From assembly GCA_037441675.1 (NCBI GenBank), contig JBBIRS010000006.1:1-64000 (forward strand): a DNA stretch of 64,000 nt, written 5' to 3'. Both the position numbers and the translations under genes were made by a program. The DNA is from Planctomycetales bacterium (GTDB lineage Bacteria > 4484-113). The notes under the pieces are model-generated. The model was not told where the DNA came from, did not search any database, and saw only the letters and a program-made list of their open reading frames with translations. Below are positions 9,235 to 18,163 of the stretch, in pieces (positions within the stretch are counted from its first letter, which is position 1; each line of letters begins with the position of its first letter).

Positions 9235-11130
9235 CTATGCGACCTGTTCTTCAGCCTTTTTAACTTCCCATTTGTCCAAAATGCTAACTAATCCCGGATA
9301 GGCATCCATACAGTTAAACCATTTAAGGAGTTGAGCGCGTCTTTCCTTAAAATCTTGAGGCAGTTGAATTGGTCTTCCCCTTGCATCAAGAACCACGCCA
9401 ACGACTCCGCCGTGGATTTGCTTTTTGGCAGGCTTACCCTTGCCTTCACCAACGTCAAAATTCCGTGTTGGATGTATCTCTATCAAGGCGGTTTCATCCA
9501 CTTTGAGCTTTGGATACATTATTAGGTCTCCAAATTTCAACTCGCCTTTATCCTTACTACCATCAGGCCAGGTAATATCATAATCTGCAACCTTCTCACA
9601 GGGTTTTCCCACTCCCGTAGGAACAACCGCAGTGCCGAGATAAATCATACAATCTCGGTCAAAGACTTGAGTTGCAGCTTCTTCATGAACTGTGGATAGG
9701 ACACCAAGGTGAGGCATCATAAAGATAGAATCAACCGCTAGAATGGTGAATCCTTCAGGCTGAAATGCATCTAATAGCATTAGCATTGATTGATTCCGAC
9801 GTGGCGCGTGAGAAAGCACACCGCCACTTCCAACGAGTAGGTCAAGATTCATCATCTTGATGAAAGATTCGCCTGTCATTGTCTGGAGGAAGGCATCAGA
9901 GATACTTCTCTCCTGCTGGACACCCTTCAGTCCCACCGCAAGACTCTTGTGCTGGATAAAGGAATGAATGAGCGCTTCTCGTGCAAGAGCGTGTTCTATG
10001 ACTAGGCTTGTTAAAGACTGGGGTATGGTCGTTGGACGAATCATCTTGTTCTTAATTTGATTTCTCAGCCACTGCTCGTCCACGTCAAAAGGAACCCAGC
10101 GCAAAACGTTTTCAAATCCAGCTTCTGCCATTACGTTGCTGATTGAATAGCTCATACCGAGATTGGCGGAGACGCTTCGGTTAAAGATGCGCTGGCCTTC
10201 AACCTTAAAGTCGCTGAAGATGTCAGTTGTCGCCCCACCAATGTCAACGCCTATGACGTCCAAGTCCTTCTTCCGTGCGATGGTTTGCATAATCAATCCA
10301 ACAGCGGCAGGAGTTGGCATAATAGGAGCGCCGACCCATTCCATCAACTTGTTGTATCCAGGTGCCTGCGCCATCACATGCTCCTCAAAGAGATCTTGAA
10401 TCTTGGAGCGAGAGGGCATTAGGTTTTCCCGTTCAAGCGTGGGACGAATGTTTTCCGTAATTGTGAGAGCCACTTTATGGTCTAGAACTTTTTTGACCTC
10501 TTCTCGAGCGTCAATGTTTCCAGCGTATATAACTGGAAGCTTATAAGTAATTCCAAGACGTGGTTTAGGGTCTGCTGCTGCAATTAACTCTGCAATTTGC
10601 ACTACGTGGGAGATAGTTCCACCATCAACTCCACCTGAGAGAAGGAACATATCCGGGCGCAAACGCCTTATGATGTCAATCCTTTCGTGAGGAAGCCTAC
10701 CATCGTTGCTAGCAAGAACATCCATTACAATTGCGCCTGCACCAAGAGCAGCACGTTGCGCGGACTCTCCCGTCATAGAAGCAACAACGCCTGCGACCAT
10801 CATCTGAAGTCCGCCACCAGCAGAGCTAGTGCTGATGTATATATCTACCCCAACATTTCCCTGCGCGGGATAGATGATTTGACCGTTCTCGTCAAGGATT
10901 TTTCTTCCAGAAAGTTCCTCAACTTCCTGAATGGAGTTGAGAACGCCTTTAGTGACATCTTCAAAAGGAGCCTCAACTGTTGTAGGCGCCTCACCACGAA
11001 AAGTCTGCCGAAAGCCCTCTTCCTTCTTTTCAATGAGGATACACTTAGTCGTAGTGCTTCCACAGTCCGTCGCGATGATAATCCTTATATCCTCTGGATT
11101 GATCCGTCTATATTCTCTCTTGTGTTCCAT
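9235..11130 (-). CDS. GlmL/MutL(glutamate mutase reactivase)-like ASKHA ATPase
   Basis: TDCGSTTTK, SSAGGGL, LLSGGVDGG, VDIGGATTDIFS, GSGGVLSHAP. Confidence 0.82.
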   Translation of the reverse strand: MEHKREYRRINPEDIRIIIATDCGSTTTKCILIEKKEEGFRQTFRGEAPTTVEAPFEDVTKGVLNSIQEVEELSGRKILDENGQIIYPAQGNVGVDIYISTSSAGGGLQMMVAGVVASMTGESAQRAALGAGAIVMDVLASNDGRLPHERIDIIRRLRPDMFLLSGGVDGGTISHVVQIAELIAAADPKPRLGITYKLPVIYAGNIDAREEVKKVLDHKVALTITENIRPTLERENLMPSRSKIQDLFEEHVMAQAPGYNKLMEWVGAPIMPTPAAVGLIMQTIARKKDLDVIGVDIGGATTDIFSDFKVEGQRIFNRSVSANLGMSYSISNVMAEAGFENVLRWVPFDVDEQWLRNQIKNKMIRPTTIPQSLTSLVIEHALAREALIHSFIQHKSLAVGLKGVQQERSISDAFLQTMTGESFIKMMNLDLLVGSGGVLSHAPRRNQSMLMLLDAFQPEGFTILAVDSIFMMPHLGVLSTVHEEAATQVFDRDCMIYLGTAVVPTGVGKPCEKVADYDITWPDGSKDKGELKFGDLIMYPKLKVDETALIEIHPTRNFDVGEGKGKPAKKQIHGGVVGVVLDARGRPIQLPQDFKERRAQLLKWFNCMDAYPGLVSILDKWEVKKAEEQVA

Positions 11131-11538
11131 ACGGGGTGAAAATAAATTATACCAACCTTCGGGCTTGGCTAGCCTTATCGGTTATATTTTTGTTCTTCCC
11201 GTTAATTTATGCGCCTCGAACCTACCTTCACTTGGTGATGCGTAAAATGCTTCTTTTGGGAATGAACATTTGGGGCTATCTATAGCTTAACTAAAGAATA
11301 ATAATCCCCAGAATTTTTACCACCCTTTCGTAATGCAAAAGCGACGGTTGATCTGTCGAAGTGTTTATTCCTGGTAACCTCCGATTTTCCGCCATATCAG
11401 GAACATCTGGGGTGCCAGAATTGAGTGCCCTACGGATAGTAACGAAATACGACAAAATGCCTGTGCTTTCGGTATAATGAATGATACTGATATTCAATAT
11501 TAATTGTTCTATTTGATTTACACGGAGGTATTTTAACC

Positions 11539-11757
11539 ATGAGCGAATCTGCTGAGACCAAAGTGAAGTTCACAGAAGATATGACCATACTTCAGGCAAA
11601 GAAATCTGATCCCAGAGTGGAACAGGTTCTTGCTTACTTTCATATAGGGGCTTGTCATCATTGTCAGGTGGATGAAAGCTTGACATTGGGCAAAGTGTGC
11701 GAGGACTTCGGCGTGCCAAAGGAGTTACTGCTTAAAGCGCTTAACTCACTTTCATAG
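11539..11757 (+). CDS. DUF1858-like small CxxC protein
   Basis: FTEDMTI...CHHC....TL...C...GV...LL..LN; GGAGG RBS. Confidence 0.75.
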   Translation: MSESAETKVKFTEDMTILQAKKSDPRVEQVLAYFHIGACHHCQVDESLTLGKVCEDFGVPKELLLKALNSLS

Positions 11758-11811
11758 ATAAATTTATTATGGCTAGCAGTTAATCATTGAAAGACTGTTA
11801 ATTACAGTATT

Positions 11812-12210
11812 ATGCCAATGGACTTTCAAAAGTTTCAGGAGTACATTGAAAAGCGTTACAACTTCGGCATAATGACTGATTCCACAGTCCAAGCAGAGGT
11901 CGGCAACGAGAAGTGTGGAGATGCAACTCAGCTGTACTTAAAGGTTGAAAATGGAATAATCAAGGACGCGCAGTATTTTTCCTTTGGGTGCGGATTTGCG
12001 ACTGTTGTGGGTGTGATTCTTACCCAGATGATCAAGGGGAAGCCAGTATCATTCTTGCGGACGATTACCCCGGAGATGATTGAAGCTGAGATCGGTGAAT
12101 TTCCAACCGCAAAGGCACACTATTCCAGTCTCGGAGCAAAATTGGCATTAGCGGCCGCTGAGAAGTGCGAAGAAGCGGGATTGATTCAAGTTGAAAGCAA
12201 AGTGACCTGA
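11812..12210 (+). CDS. IscU/NifU-N-like Fe-S scaffold protein (atypical)
   Basis: GNEKCGD..QLYLKV, FGCG; KAHYS in place of KxHCS. Confidence 0.82.
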   Translation: MPMDFQKFQEYIEKRYNFGIMTDSTVQAEVGNEKCGDATQLYLKVENGIIKDAQYFSFGCGFATVVGVILTQMIKGKPVSFLRTITPEMIEAEIGEFPTAKAHYSSLGAKLALAAAEKCEEAGLIQVESKVT

Positions 12211-12435
12211 GTGGGTTCATTAACGCTATTCCATTTAAGATTGGTGAATGAGACAGAGAAAAACTGAGGGATAGGTTTTTCATCCGAATTGAGATTATTC
12301 GGAACAAGCTAGTAGCCCCCAAATACGTAGAATACTTCTCCTCTCTTGGTTCATTTTCTAATTTCATTAAGCAAAAGGATAAACTTAAGGGCTTCAAAAT
12401 CTTTTGAACTTCTCCTTTCTGATAGAATATTAGTT

Positions 12436-13221
12436 ATGGATTACGCTGAAAAGGTCAAGGAATCGCTATGTAAGATAGGTGGCTACTTAAGTCTTCATTT
12501 AACTGGCTCTAGAGCCAGGGGAGAGAGTGATGCGCTTTCTAACTGGGATTTTGTGATTGTGGCATCGGAGTTGCCGTCCCAAGTTGCATCAAAACTTGCG
12601 ATTCAGCTTTCGGAAGAGCTTCCTGTTATATTCAGTCACATTGAACCAAGGGATAAGGAGAGCGCTATCTTAAATGTGTACTTATCTGAAGATGGCGAAT
12701 GGAGGCACTTGGAGATTCGTATTCACTCTCCCTCCGCTCTTGAAAAGGAGGAAGAGCTTAGGCAAAGGCGCGCGGTGGGGCAGTGGCGAACTTTACTTGA
12801 AATTATTGAGGAGGAAGCGCCTAAAGTTCAATTGACAGAAGATGTAGGTTCTGAGTTAGAGCCTCACAAAGAGGATAACACACTGCGTTTATTCCACGAG
12901 CTTTGGAGAAATTACCCACGAGCACTCGTAGAGTATCAGCGAGGTAGAGCTTTAGGAGTACTTAAAGCTCTGGAGCGAGGACAAAGATCACTGCAAAGTT
13001 TGTTGGAAACTGCGGGAAAGTTCGATAAGCTTTCCGAACTGGAGGGTATCTCGCGGAGGCTAAATTCTGCAAAAAACCCTGAAGAAATGCTTCAGATCGG
13101 TAAACAGTGCATTGAGCTAGCCAAACCTGCTCTAATTGACATTTCGGAGGATAATCCTAATCTCCCTGTGGAACTATTAGATAGATTTATAGCTAGAATA
13201 GAAGATGTTGTAAATGAATAA
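12436..13221 (+). CDS. Pol-beta-superfamily nucleotidyltransferase-domain protein with helical C-terminal domain
   Basis: LTGSRARGESDALSNWDFVIV (GS...xD motif); start moved to ATG 12436. Confidence 0.65.
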   Translation: MDYAEKVKESLCKIGGYLSLHLTGSRARGESDALSNWDFVIVASELPSQVASKLAIQLSEELPVIFSHIEPRDKESAILNVYLSEDGEWRHLEIRIHSPSALEKEEELRQRRAVGQWRTLLEIIEEEAPKVQLTEDVGSELEPHKEDNTLRLFHELWRNYPRALVEYQRGRALGVLKALERGQRSLQSLLETAGKFDKLSELEGISRRLNSAKNPEEMLQIGKQCIELAKPALIDISEDNPNLPVELLDRFIARIEDVVNE

Positions 13222-13411
13222 ATAACTGTAGTAAAGCAGAGAATGGTTTTAGTGTGTTCAATAAAGCAAAAGGGTAAAGCGATCAAGCTCTATTATTAAA
13301 CTAAGGTTCAATCATTCTAATGTCTAACTTTTTACACATTGGTTTAAGTTCAATTCATACTAATAGTTAGATGAATTAAGAAGAAAAGCGATGATAGAAT
13401 ATAACTAGTAA

Positions 13412-13501
13412 GGAGAGGTGACCGAGTGGTTTAAGGTGCACGCCTGGAGAGCGTGTGTGCGGGCAAAACCTGCACCGGGGGTTCGAATCCCCCCCTCTCC
13501 G
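13412..13501 (+). tRNA. tRNA-Ser(GGA), CCA not encoded
   Basis: GGAGAGG/CCTCTCC acceptor stem, CACGC-CTGGAGA-GCGTG anticodon arm, long variable arm, GGTTCGAATCC T-loop. Confidence 0.96.
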
Positions 13502-13576
13502 TTTCATCAGTAAGGAAGGGGCATATGCGCCAATTGCGGGCAAGCCTCAAACATTGGGCATCCTTCAGCTCCTTCA

Positions 13577-15130
13577 TCAGAGTGACCCTCCTGGCTTGAC
13601 TTGAGAGGACTTTTCGTTAGTAGCCTTTCCTATATACCTTAAGGGTGAACTTTCCTCTTCGGGTAGGTAAATCTGAAGCTCAAGAAGTAAGATAGAAAGG
13701 TCTCCTAGTGCTTTATTAATGATTTCAGTTGAAGAAACAGCTCCTAGCTCAGTCCCACCTCTATTGCTCTCTTAACATCTTTATATGCGATTATATATAA
13801 GTGAGTCCGAATCTTTTCGCTGTTTTCTTGTCAGGTCATCGAGCTTACCATTCTTGATACTGTCAAGGTATTTTATTTCTACCTAAAGATTCATCATCGC
13901 CCGCGGCGCTTTAGTGCTGAACTCAGTGTTTAAGGGAATGCCTATTGTTTCGGTTACTCTCCTTGAAGTCGTTAGAAGGTCGTTAATTAATGAGGTGTTT
14001 AGGCGTTCGGTGCGACGCACTACCTCCTCCATTATTAGCTTACCCCTAGAAGGACACCCTAAATGTCCTAGAAACGCATACGAAAGTGCGTCGATTAATA
14101 CGGCAAGTCGGGAGTTCATGAACTAACCTCTTATTCCAATTGAGACAATATCACAATTTGAGGATGTAGCGGGGCTGAGAGCGTCTTTTATGTCATCTCA
14201 AATAGACCTTCTCTTTCGGAGAGCATTACAGGTTAAAACTGAATTAGGTGGTATAAGATTAAAGCTTCATCCCCTCGTTGCATCAGGCCAGGAAACCAGA
14301 AGATAACCTTTCCATTTACCATCCCTACAACAGAGGCCAAATTTTTCAATCCTCATACAGGCAAGCAGGCAAGCGTAAACATTCTTAATTACTATACTAC
14401 TGTTGCATATTTCCAGTTAAAATCACCAACGTATGGAGTTTTCGCTGAGCCGATTCTCAAGCTTCAGTGCATTACATTTTATATTCGGTCTCAATCGCTA
14501 GCCATTTAGGGTTAATAGGGACTAGGTGCAGCTTGCCTGCTCAAAACTCTAGCGAACACGTTACCTACATTTGCCATTTACTTAATCCTCCCACAAAATC
14601 TGAAATATCAGTCCTTGAGATTCACTCTCTGAGCGATACTGGTCCCATATCGCTTGGATTTTGCTTTCCCCACTCAATTTGCAATATAATTTAACCGTAA
14701 ATTAATATTTGACAAGCCTGGCAATGTAAAATTTCCTCTACGGATTATCAATAGCTTTTTTAAGGATTGCAAAATTGATGGGTAAAGAAGGGAAGAAGGC
14801 AAACGAGCGAGGCTTCCTAAAACTATTCGGGCGAAAAGCTCACCTCCGATTGAGATAACTAATAAAGACGCCTTGTTGATTGAGGCAGTGCAGATATTCC
14901 ATTTCATTGGGGCAAACCATCTAGCATCGTTATTTAGAGAGGATACTAGTTAAGATATTTACCGCAGATTGCTGCTCTTTTGCATCGCAAATATCTAGAT
15001 ATACTGCCACTTCGGAGCGATTGTGGCGAGCGTTTTGCCTATGCCGTTACGGAGAAAATAACGAGGATACTAGCTAAGAGAAAAGTTATCACGCTAGAGA
15101 GAGATAGTCTTATCCAAAGGATTTGGAGAA
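13577..15130 (-). pseudogene. Heavily degraded membrane sensor histidine kinase
   Basis: Colinear remnants across frames: TM (LWIRLSLSSVITFLLASILVIFS, ~15050-15125), HAMP-like (SLKKLL..RGNF, ~14730-14770), H-box LVHELPT (14106-14126), ERLNTSLINDLLTTSR, G2-like GGTELG (13742-13759), IYLP. Confidence 0.55.
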
Positions 15131-15340
15131 ATTCTTTCTAGGACTAGACTGAAGGCAGTTCTTAAAATGCAACCTTCACCAATTCCAAGTAAACTTTTTT
15201 AGACATTCGTAAAAGTAAACGGTCCATTTATGGAATCTAAGATAATAGATTTAACGCATGAGAAATCAACTAGAATCTCGATAATCAAGTTTAATGAAGA
15301 GAATTCTGAGGTAAAATCCTTAAGCACTTAGAAGTTTGAT

Positions 15341-16111
15341 ATGAAAGTTAGAGCTCTCACTCATTTATATATCTTGCCTATATTTTTCCTATTAACTACC
15401 CAGCTAACCACTTACCAAGCCCTCTCTTCAGAAAAGGAAAACTCAAATTTAGAAATAAACGCGACCGTTGGCAAATTTACTTTTATTGCTGAGAAAAAAG
15501 GAAAGGAGGAGGATATTGTCACCACCAGCTTTTGGGCTGAAGGGACGTTCACTGTTGCAGGGGGTGGTTTTTACGCGGAAGCCTTAGTTACCCCACCCGG
15601 CACTCAGACAATGGAACGTTACTCTTTGCTTATTACAACAAGAGAGAGTAAGGTTTACCTGCTTTACCACGATACTTTTAACTACCAGGAAATAAGGCTA
15701 ACAGAAAACATCCAAAGGATGTTCTTAGAATTACTACCAGAAATTCCGACATTGACCCCATCCACTCTGCAGAAATATGCGCAAAAGTATCGGTTTGAGT
15801 TTGAAGCTCGTGGGCCGGCTAAATTGGATAAAGTCTCATATTCCCTTTATGTTCTGGAGAAGAAAAAGGTGCAGGATGATAAAATGACAAATTTGACAGA
15901 TGGCAAAGCTAAGTTCTACTTCATGCATAAGAATCGTTTTCTCAGGGTAATACAATTTAGTAGAGGTAACTGGTCGTTGACGGTTAAACTCTCGGATATC
16001 AAAGGCGAAAGAGTAACTCAAAGCAGATTTGAAATACCAAAGGGATACTATGAACTTGAACCCCTTACCCTCGCTCAGGGAAATAATTCAAAGGGAAGAA
16101 TTGAAAAATAG
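15341..16111 (+). CDS. Exported hypothetical protein (LolA/DUF4412-like)
   Basis: Signal peptide, beta-rich body, C-terminal FEIPKGY motif. Confidence 0.55.
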   Translation: MKVRALTHLYILPIFFLLTTQLTTYQALSSEKENSNLEINATVGKFTFIAEKKGKEEDIVTTSFWAEGTFTVAGGGFYAEALVTPPGTQTMERYSLLITTRESKVYLLYHDTFNYQEIRLTENIQRMFLELLPEIPTLTPSTLQKYAQKYRFEFEARGPAKLDKVSYSLYVLEKKKVQDDKMTNLTDGKAKFYFMHKNRFLRVIQFSRGNWSLTVKLSDIKGERVTQSRFEIPKGYYELEPLTLAQGNNSKGRIEK

Positions 16112-16114
16112 TAC

Positions 16115-17014
16115 ATGCAAAAGCGGCTAAAGAGTAGAGGTAAAGGAAAAGAGGACTACTTCTTGGAAAGTCCAATACTTGGCCTTATCAACTTAATCTC
16201 TGACGTTTCAGCATTAACGCAAGAGGAACAGGAGCATCTGATAAAGACTTACAAGAATCTCGGTAAAAGCTCATCGGAGAGAGAGAAAGCAAGGGAGAAA
16301 CTTATACTTTCAAATGTGAGGCTGGTGATAAACATTGCCAAGAACTTCGTGACGGGCGCGATACCACTTGTTGATCTGATTAGTGAAGGCACCATAGGCT
16401 TGATGACCGCCATTGAAAAATTTGATCCCAGAAAGGGTTATCAGCTCTCCACTTACGCGAGTTGGTGGATTAGGCAGAGGATTTTGAGATACATAATGAA
16501 CAACAGATACTTAATTCGCGTTCCCGAACACGTAATTGAAAAGATAAATAGGCTTAGACGAGGTACCGAAGAGTTCTTCGATAAGTTTGATCGTGAGCCG
16601 GATGAGGATGAGCTTGAAGAAATTGCGAGGTCAAAGAAGTTCAAGTTGAAACGCTACTTGGGCGCAATTCCAAGTATCACCTCATTGGAAAATGGTGGCT
16701 TTGGTGACCCTCATTCAGAACCTGCAACTCTTCACGAGAAAATTGCTTCTGGTGAAGACTTAGTGGGAAGGCTTTTGGATAATTTAGCGGTTAAGCAAAT
16801 GTTCTCTTACTTAGACGAAAAGGAGCGCACAGTGATCAGCCTGAGGTATGGTATTGAGATTTCTCGCAAGGGAGAGATTGTAGGTGCGGGCGAGTTCCAT
16901 ACACTGGATGAATCTGCCAAAAGCCTTAATGTAAGTAGAGAGAGAGTTAGACAGATTGAGAAATCTGCACTTAGGAAACTTAGAAAGAAATTCTCAGGTG
17001 AGTCTCAAAATTGA
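16115..17014 (+). CDS. Alternative sigma70-family factor (RpoD/RpoS-like, no region 1.1)
   Basis: NVRLVINIAK, DLISEGTIGLMTAIEKFDP.KGY.LSTYASWWIRQ, VSRERVRQIE. Confidence 0.9.
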   Translation: MQKRLKSRGKGKEDYFLESPILGLINLISDVSALTQEEQEHLIKTYKNLGKSSSEREKAREKLILSNVRLVINIAKNFVTGAIPLVDLISEGTIGLMTAIEKFDPRKGYQLSTYASWWIRQRILRYIMNNRYLIRVPEHVIEKINRLRRGTEEFFDKFDREPDEDELEEIARSKKFKLKRYLGAIPSITSLENGGFGDPHSEPATLHEKIASGEDLVGRLLDNLAVKQMFSYLDEKERTVISLRYGIEISRKGEIVGAGEFHTLDESAKSLNVSRERVRQIEKSALRKLRKKFSGESQN

Positions 17015-17922
17015 AGTCTCATCCTGCTTATTTGAATTTAGGAACGGCGGAATTAAAAAGAAGAGCGGAAAAACTTTGTTCGCTCATTTCGCCTTGCAGG
17101 CTGTGTCCAAACCTCTGTGAGGCAAAAAGAGCTGAAGGTAAAAAGGGCACATGCGGAGTAGCTTCCAAGGCTTTAGTTAGTTCTTATAACCTTCACTTTG
17201 GAGAGGAACCCTGCTTAGTAGGTGAGGGTGGAAGTGGAACAATCTTCTTCGCCGGATGTAGTTTGAGATGCCTTTTCTGTCAGAATTACCCCATCTCGCA
17301 GTTTAGGTATGGAAACGAGGTTAGCAAAGAGGATCTTGCAAAGATGATGCTTGAACTTCAAAGGGACGGTGCGGAGAATATAAATTTCGTTACACCAACC
17401 CATGTTACCGCCCAGATAATTGATGCTCTAGTTGTCGCTGTTGAAGCTGGGTTAAAACTTCCCATTGTCTGGAATTCTGGTGGGTATGAGCTTGTAGAGG
17501 TGCTAGAACTTCTAGATGGAATTGTGGATATTTATCTTCCCGATATGAAGTACTCAGATGATAAACTTGCACTTGAATGTAGTCAAGCTAAAGATTACGT
17601 TGAGATAAATCGGATGGCAATAATGGAAATGTGGCGGCAGGTTGGCCCCTTAAAGCTTGATGAAAGAGGGGTTGCGAGAAGGGGATTGCTCATTCGTCAT
17701 TTAGTTCTTCCCAATAATCTTGAGAATTCGCGTGGAGTGCTTAAGTGGATCTCAAGTGTTGATGGAAATATTGCGATTAGTGCAATGGCGCAGTTCTTTC
17801 CAGCATTTAAGGCGCCTGAGCATCCATATCTAAATCGTAGGCTCACAAAAGCAGAATGGGCTCAAGTTGAAGCTTGGATTGAAGAATTTGGTATAAAAGA
17901 GGGTTACTTTCAGAGGATGTAA
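17011..17922 (+). CDS. PflX-like radical SAM protein
   Basis: CRLCPNLC, HFGEEP, GSGTIFFAGCSLRCLFCQN (CxxxCxxC), DIYLPDMKY, IRHLVLP. Confidence 0.9.
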   Translation: MKSHPAYLNLGTAELKRRAEKLCSLISPCRLCPNLCEAKRAEGKKGTCGVASKALVSSYNLHFGEEPCLVGEGGSGTIFFAGCSLRCLFCQNYPISQFRYGNEVSKEDLAKMMLELQRDGAENINFVTPTHVTAQIIDALVVAVEAGLKLPIVWNSGGYELVEVLELLDGIVDIYLPDMKYSDDKLALECSQAKDYVEINRMAIMEMWRQVGPLKLDERGVARRGLLIRHLVLPNNLENSRGVLKWISSVDGNIAISAMAQFFPAFKAPEHPYLNRRLTKAEWAQVEAWIEEFGIKEGYFQRM

Positions 17923-17947
17923 GCCAATCAGGATAAATTTCTCACAT

Positions 17948-17975
17948 TGAACAATTTTTCAAAGAACTCGTCTAA
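17948..17975 (+). promoter_or_regulatory. Second copy of the ECF promoter motif, upstream of mocR-lipoprotein
   Basis: TGAACAA-N16-TCTAA, with the same spacing and GTCTAA as the motif at 3009-3036. Confidence 0.55.
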
Positions 17976-18090
17976 AATAACAGAAAAACTAAAGCCTAGT
18001 CACCTCTCAAGAGTAGGAGGGGTCGGGATAGACAGCTTACCCTCCTCCCACAAAGTTAGAAATGCCCGCCCCTCCAATTTTTCTCTCTAC

Positions 18091-18123
18091 ACTGGTATCC
18101 TTAAATCCAAACACTACTGGTGA
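18091..18123 (+). promoter_or_regulatory. Candidate MocR autoregulatory direct repeats
   Basis: ACTGGT at 18091 and 18116; the first contains TGGTAT, the reverse complement of the GabR ATACCA box. Confidence 0.35.
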
Positions 18124-18163
18124 CCTCGCCTCCGGGCAAGTAGCGGATATAATCCTCTAGTAG

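Noticed and set aside
11290..11460. 6S RNA or a known riboswitch
   Set aside because: The closed structure is too short for 6S RNA and I recognise no riboswitch consensus. It is kept only as a low-interest finding.
14939..15079. 17-bp near-direct repeat GAGGATACTAG(T/C)TAAGA
   Set aside because: There are only two copies, 124 bp apart, inside a pseudogene. This is not a CRISPR array or IS end.
13480..15340. Integrative element at tRNA-Ser
   Set aside because: No integrase and no duplicated tRNA 3' end (att site) is visible. The region is better explained by a kinase pseudogene.
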